Part shown: positions 59,552 through 64,000 of the stretch, piece after piece
Layout: every line of letters begins with the position of its first letter
How positions within the stretch are numbered: the stretch's first letter is position 1
Origin: Candidatus Hadarchaeota archaeon
Lineage (GTDB): Archaea; Hadarchaeota; Hadarchaeia; Hadarchaeales; JAGGTB01
Direction of reading: 5' to 3'
Assembly (NCBI GenBank): GCA_964384105.1
Contig: CAYLJV010000003.1
Coordinates: 96,001 to 160,000 of the forward strand
Length of the DNA stretch: 64,000 nt
Program-made: the position numbers and the translations under genes
The notes under the pieces: model-generated
The model's database searches: none
Told to the model about the DNA's origin: nothing
Seen by the model: only the letters and a program-made list of their open reading frames with translations

Positions 59552-60518
59552 GCATTTTTTCTAACTCTTTCAGAGCCTTTTCTTTGACTTCTTCCAGCTC
59601 GGCTTTGACTTTCATTCCAGCCGCACCAGCGTGGCCACCACCTGTTCCCCCGAATTGATCCGCAATATTAGACATCAGTTCGCCTAGGTGAAGATGAGTT
59701 TCAGAAGCTACTCCACTCCGGGCCCTTGAGCTAATTCTAATACTTTCTCCGTTTTGACTTGCCACGATAGATACGTCGGCTCCTATTTTCAAGAACATCG
59801 TTGCGGCGTCTGATTCATATGCCCCGATCTCAGAAAAGACGACCCAATTTCCGTGATACTTATGCGGGTCCGATCTTTGAGCTGCCTTTAGCATTGCTAC
59901 TCTTTTTGAGGGTTCTTCAGGAGTTTGAAGTGCTTCCAAAGCCTTTCTATAATCCGCTCCGTTTTCTATTAGGTCTGCCACTGCTTTGAAAGTTTGCTCA
60001 TCGGCGAATTTGAAGTGGCCGGTATCGCTTATTATTCCGGTGAGCATGAGGGTAGATGTCTTTGGACCGAATTTGTGTTTCATAGCCTGACCTAGTTTTA
60101 ATACAAGTTCTACGGTCGAAGTGGCTTCTTCTTCGACGTAGTATACATCAACTCTTTCTTCCATCCTTCCATCTGGTCGGTGATGGTCGATAAAAATAAG
60201 CTTCAAATCTGCATTTTTAATTTTTTCATAATATTCTTCTAATTGTTCTAGAGTAGAGGTATCTAGGATGATTGCAACATCTGCATCAATGTCGGGATCT
60301 ATCTCTATGTCTATTTCCAAAGATTCTAGTACACTTTTGGCTACGTTGCTTAAAGTTTTGGGGACTCCTGTTTTTACAGTTCCTCCAAGAGACTTCAAAA
60401 GCTCGGCTATCCCTATTATCGAACCGACAGCATCAGGGTCAGCGTGAGGGTGCCCAAGTACGAGAAATTTTAGTTTATCTACTTGAAGCTCTTTGAAATG
60501 CTGAGCTAATTTCTTCAT
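59523..60518 (-). CDS. DHH-family phosphoesterase
   Basis: HADPD, IDHH, SDTG, GGGHAGAAG. Confidence 0.92.
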   Translation of the reverse strand: MKKLAQHFKELQVDKLKFLVLGHPHADPDAVGSIIGIAELLKSLGGTVKTGVPKTLSNVAKSVLESLEIDIEIDPDIDADVAIILDTSTLEQLEEYYEKIKNADLKLIFIDHHRPDGRMEERVDVYYVEEEATSTVELVLKLGQAMKHKFGPKTSTLMLTGIISDTGHFKFADEQTFKAVADLIENGADYRKALEALQTPEEPSKRVAMLKAAQRSDPHKYHGNWVVFSEIGAYESDAATMFLKIGADVSIVASQNGESIRISSRARSGVASETHLHLGELMSNIADQFGGTGGGHAGAAGMKVKAELEEVKEKALKELEKMLEPRSSEDD

Positions 60519-60544
60519 ATGTCCGCCTTGCTTTTATTGTTGGG

Positions 60545-60907
60545 TTACCCTGCCTTTCCGGATGGTTGCTGTTGAATAGCGTCCTGGATTTTGGCTTGTA
60601 ATTCTTCGAGTTTCTTATTAATTCGTTCTTCTTGGCGCTCGATCTGTTTTATGCGCAAGTTAAGAGTTTCTCTTCTGTCTTCCTGCTCTTCTTTAGCGTC
60701 GGCTAAGTCAGTCTTTAACATGATTCCACCAACACTTTTGTAGAGCGTAGTTTCTTCGTTAATGTTTCCTAACTCCTCGAGAGCTCTTTCAACTTCTTTG
60801 AGGTTTATTTTCAATTGCTGCTTTTGCCTTGCTAGAGATTGTGCTTGCTGCTGGAATTGTTGCAGCTGTGCAACCTGTTGTTGGACTTGGGGTGGTAATT
60901 GTTCCAT
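60545..60907 (-). CDS. pfdB: Prefoldin beta subunit
   Basis: LPPQVQQQ..YKSVG; conserved superoperon position. Confidence 0.95.
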   Translation of the reverse strand: MEQLPPQVQQQVAQLQQFQQQAQSLARQKQQLKINLKEVERALEELGNINEETTLYKSVGGIMLKTDLADAKEEQEDRRETLNLRIKQIERQEERINKKLEELQAKIQDAIQQQPSGKAG

Positions 60908-61168
60908 TTAACTCCTCCTATATTTTGTCATATCACGTGCTATGGCTGCCCAGCGAAGGAACGAATTTATCGCCGCTCGGAGCGCAGCCGTATCTCTTGC
61001 ATTTATATCTAAACTTAAAATGTTTTTCCTGTGTGTTATATCTACTTCAGCCCTCGATGCTTTAGGGGGAAGTCCTTCAACCTTGAGTGCTTCCATAACG
61101 ACTTTCGCTGTTTTAGAATCTTTAAAAGCTATTTCAATGACTGAATTTGCTTCTAGAGCTTCAGCCAT
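60908..61168 (-). CDS. pcc1: KEOPS complex subunit Pcc1
   Basis: ARDTAALRAAINSFLRW. Confidence 0.92.
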   Translation of the reverse strand: MAEALEANSVIEIAFKDSKTAKVVMEALKVEGLPPKASRAEVDITHRKNILSLDINARDTAALRAAINSFLRWAAIARDMTKYRRS

Positions 61169-61300
61169 CTACCTCGCCTTTACTTTTCTAACCACATCAG
61201 GTCTTATTTTAAAAAGAATTCTAGACCCGCAGTATGGACAGCGATTTGTTGTCGGATCCAATTCTTCAAGTTTTCTATGACATTTTCCACATTTGTACAT
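61169..61300 (-). CDS. rpoP: RNA polymerase subunit P, not in ORF track
   Basis: MYKCGKC..RCPYCGSRILFKIRP..VKAR. Confidence 0.93.
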   Translation of the reverse strand: MYKCGKCHRKLEELDPTTNRCPYCGSRILFKIRPDVVRKVKAR

Positions 61301-61591
61301 CTATTTTTCCTCCGATGGTATACTACCGGACTCGGCCTTGATTTGTTTTTGTACTGAAGTAATTTTTGGGCTATAAGCTTTGGCAGCGAATTTTGTTCCA
61401 CAGCGATTGCACTGCCAAATCCCAGAGCCTACTCTTTTGACTTTCTTTGATTCGCATTCCGGACAGGTATGATAGCCCTTTTCTTTTTTTTCTACCGAAA
61501 GGACTCTTTGTCTTATCTTAGTCCCATATCTAGGGCCGAATCTGCCAGTAGATCCAACTTTGTGTTTTTGTTTTTTCTTTTTCTTTGGCAT
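61301..61591 (-). CDS. rpl37ae: 50S ribosomal protein L37Ae
   Basis: [21 protein letters not shown]. Confidence 0.95.
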   Translation of the reverse strand: MPKKKKKQKHKVGSTGRFGPRYGTKIRQRVLSVEKKEKGYHTCPECESKKVKRVGSGIWQCNRCGTKFAAKAYSPKITSVQKQIKAESGSIPSEEK

Positions 61592-61595
61592 AGTT

Positions 61596-62366
61596 TTACT
61601 CTAATTTCTTACGAAGCTCTTTAGACTTAACTTTTGCCCATTCCTCTGCTTTAAGGAAATCTTCCTTTTTGAGAGGTGCTGAACCACCCTTTTGCATGGC
61701 ACATATGCTCCCGTCTTCGAGAGTCGCAAGAGTGAATCTTGCATCCATTACGTTTTCTTCTTCTAGACAGGGGTCTACCATTAGGGCGTTACCGATTTTG
61801 GCAAAAGTTGTAGTGATTGGTTTCTGTGTAACTGGGAATTCAGATAGCTCCCAATTCTCATCATCTGGAGCTTCTGCAGTTAGCAGTGCGGCAACTGATG
61901 CCAAAGCGCTGGCATCAATTAGATTACCGTCATGATCCAGTACATGGATATCTACAAAGACCATCCATATTTCTTCCTCAGGTACTATACAAAGCTTATC
62001 GAGTTCGATCATTTTTGATTCTCGTATTCCTCTATCCACTACTCGAGCTAGTTCTGTAGCTTCTTCTCCAGGTGGCCCTGCTTCAAAAGATGCATGAGCC
62101 ATTGGCGCTAGTTCAGCGTTGGTCATTAGTACTCCTTCGTCGGGTTTGTCGGGATAGGGCGTTCCTATACCAACTTTTACTCCAGCGAGTACTTGTGTAC
62201 TACCCATTTTAACAAGGGCTGATCCTTCAGCGTTTCCTGCCCATCCAGTCTCTACAGTGATATTCCTGTATTGGTCCATAGCTCTGGCGTCTACTCTCTT
62301 ACCTTCTTCCGCTAAGTCGGTTATGTAATCCTTTTTAACCGTAGAAATTATATCTTCGTGACTCAT
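61596..62366 (-). CDS. rrp42: Exosome subunit Rrp42
   Basis: [25 protein letters not shown]. Confidence 0.95.
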   Translation of the reverse strand: MSHEDIISTVKKDYITDLAEEGKRVDARAMDQYRNITVETGWAGNAEGSALVKMGSTQVLAGVKVGIGTPYPDKPDEGVLMTNAELAPMAHASFEAGPPGEEATELARVVDRGIRESKMIELDKLCIVPEEEIWMVFVDIHVLDHDGNLIDASALASVAALLTAEAPDDENWELSEFPVTQKPITTTFAKIGNALMVDPCLEEENVMDARFTLATLEDGSICAMQKGGSAPLKKEDFLKAEEWAKVKSKELRKKLE

Positions 62367-63088
62367 TCTTTATCCTCCATTGCATATTTTTTCTTCAAGG
62401 CTTCTCTCTGTTTCTCGTATACTTTCTTGCAACCTTTGATAGCAAGTTCCAGTGCTTCTTCAAATTCTCCTTCTTCAAAATGTCCGTCCATCTGCAAAAG
62501 TGTTATGCTGTCTTTTTGTGGCATGTAAGCTATTGGCATGTCTCCTTCACCGAATTGATCCTCTTCTTTTTGAAGATCTAGGAGGATCTTACCGTCAGCT
62601 TTACCTGCGGCTATGGATGCTACTAAATCTCTCATGGGAATTCCAGCGTCTGCTAGAGCTACTGAAGCTGCGGTGATTGCAGCTGTCCTAGTTCCTGCAC
62701 TTGATTGGAGCAGTTCCATTGAGACATCTATTACAGCTCTTGGATACTGCTCTAGAAAAACTGCAGGTTCTAAGGCTTCTCTAGCAACTTTTGAAATTTC
62801 CGTTGATCTTCTGCTTGGCCCGGGTCTCTTTCGATCCTCTACGGAGAATGGGGCCATATTATATCTTACTCTGAGTACTGCTCTATCCATTCTTTGCAAA
62901 TGTCTTGGATGCATTTCTCTTGGGCCGTAAACGGCCGCAATAGCTTTGTTTTTACCTAGTTCCAAATAAGCAGATCCATCGGCTTTTTCCAGTATTCCTG
63001 CTTCGATACTTAACGGTCTCATTTCATCAGGATCTCTTCCGTCCAATCTCTTGCCGTCTATTATTAGCTTCTCGGGTTTATTTACCAT
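62363..63088 (-). CDS. rrp41: Exosome subunit Rrp41
   Basis: [24 protein letters not shown]. Confidence 0.96.
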   Translation of the reverse strand: MVNKPEKLIIDGKRLDGRDPDEMRPLSIEAGILEKADGSAYLELGKNKAIAAVYGPREMHPRHLQRMDRAVLRVRYNMAPFSVEDRKRPGPSRRSTEISKVAREALEPAVFLEQYPRAVIDVSMELLQSSAGTRTAAITAASVALADAGIPMRDLVASIAAGKADGKILLDLQKEEDQFGEGDMPIAYMPQKDSITLLQMDGHFEEGEFEEALELAIKGCKKVYEKQREALKKKYAMEDKE

Positions 63089-63092
63089 TTTT

Positions 63093-63779
63093 TTAGCCTC
63101 CTTCATTCTTTTGTAAGAATTTACGAATACGATCAGTTAATCCGCTAGTATGAGCTTCTCTTTCTATCATGAATATTGCCTTAACTACTCTGTTTATTTG
63201 ACTTTTATTATCTCCCCATATCATTATCCTTCCGTTTTGCCCAATTGATAGAGTACATTTACCTATCTTTTGTAATATGGAAATCATGGAACCCTTACGT
63301 CCAATAACTCGGGGTATTTTTGAAGGTGAAATTTCGATAAGTTTTCCGCCCCCTATTTTTCCTCTTTCGCCTTCCGTGACTTCTAATCTTACGTTCATTA
63401 ATTCGTCTACATCTTGAACTTTGGCTTCAACGATGTCCCCAGCTTCTAAGAATTCGCTGATATCCTCCTCATCAAGGTCAACTCGTCTTTGTAGAAGAGA
63501 CGAAACGGATAGATTTCCTTCGTAAGGTGATTTGATATCGAGTAACCACCCTGCATAATAATCATCTATAACTACACCAAGAACCTTGTCTCCCACCTGA
63601 GGAATATATCGACCTTCGAGAGGAATTGTTCTTATTCTGTTGCCTCGCTTATCTACTAGGCCTACTTGCGAAGCTCTTATGTTGTCGCCGTCCTTGAAAA
63701 CCCCTTCCCCAATTTTGTAGTCTCCTTCTGCAAGGATTTGGCCAGGGATTACAAGCTCTCTTTTTTCGACATGCATCAT
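63093..63779 (-). CDS. rrp4: Exosome RNA-binding subunit Rrp4
   Basis: [28 protein letters not shown]. Confidence 0.95.
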   Translation of the reverse strand: MMHVEKRELVIPGQILAEGDYKIGEGVFKDGDNIRASQVGLVDKRGNRIRTIPLEGRYIPQVGDKVLGVVIDDYYAGWLLDIKSPYEGNLSVSSLLQRRVDLDEEDISEFLEAGDIVEAKVQDVDELMNVRLEVTEGERGKIGGGKLIEISPSKIPRVIGRKGSMISILQKIGKCTLSIGQNGRIMIWGDNKSQINRVVKAIFMIEREAHTSGLTDRIRKFLQKNEGG

Positions 63780-64000
63780 TCATTAATCACCTCTGTTTCT
63801 ATTTCACCATGAGTTAAATTGTTAATCTTTTCAAAAAACTCTTCCTGTAGTCCAGCGGGAATCTCTACTTTCGCTGCCCAAGAACCATCATCCAGCCATC
63901 GGTCTTCCTTAAGATCAGCAAAATCAGATACGAGCTGATACGCTTTTGCCCCATATTCAGGGGGGACCTTTACCACGATGACTCTGGTTTCGAAACTCAG
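63776..64000 (-). CDS. Ribosome maturation factor SBDS/Sdo1, C-terminal part
   Basis: VKVPPEY..W.DDGSW..IPAG.Q; position upstream of rrp4. Confidence 0.88.
   Translation of the reverse strand: MSFETRVIVVKVPPEYGAKAYQLVSDFADLKEDRWLDDGSWAAKVEIPAGLQEEFFEKINNLTHGEIETEVINE

Noticed and set aside
61204-61401. Track ORF of 65 aa
   Set aside because: Out-of-frame overlap with rpoP and rpl37ae
52941-64000. Novelty in the ribosomal and exosome clusters
   Set aside because: Standard archaeal conserved gene order; SepRS is known outside methanogens

Overview
Archaeal chromosomal window. Gene content (Alba, TBP/TFB, exosome superoperon, SepRS, many REC-PAS-HisKA kinases) resembles MSBL1/Hadarchaeota-like Euryarchaeota; this assignment is inference. 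The left part (1-15.6 kb) holds a ModE-tungstate ABC locus, dapA, Alba and hybrid histidine kinases. A tRNA-Leu(GAG) at 15883-15970 is an integration hotspot: its 3' end recurs at 31956-31985 and 34106-34137, bounding about 16 kb and about 2.1 kb of accessory DNA. The larger island is the most unusual part. It carries a divergent TBP, two TFB paralogs, two paralogous 37-aa C4 zinc-finger microproteins, a wHTH regulator and an RHH-fused tyrosine integrase. It also holds three families of non-coding repeats: two copies of a ~215-nt covarying structured RNA with their own promoters, three copies of a hairpin element that splits the TFB region into cassette-like modules next to the integrase, and three copies of a 26-bp motif. 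The right part (34-64 kb) is mixed metabolic and membrane genes with some pseudogenes, then core genes (RNase P RNA, rpl18e-rpl13-rps9-rpoN, sepS, taw1, pfdB-pcc1-rpoP-rpl37ae-exosome-SBDS). All calls come from reading the sequence; no database search or folding program was run.
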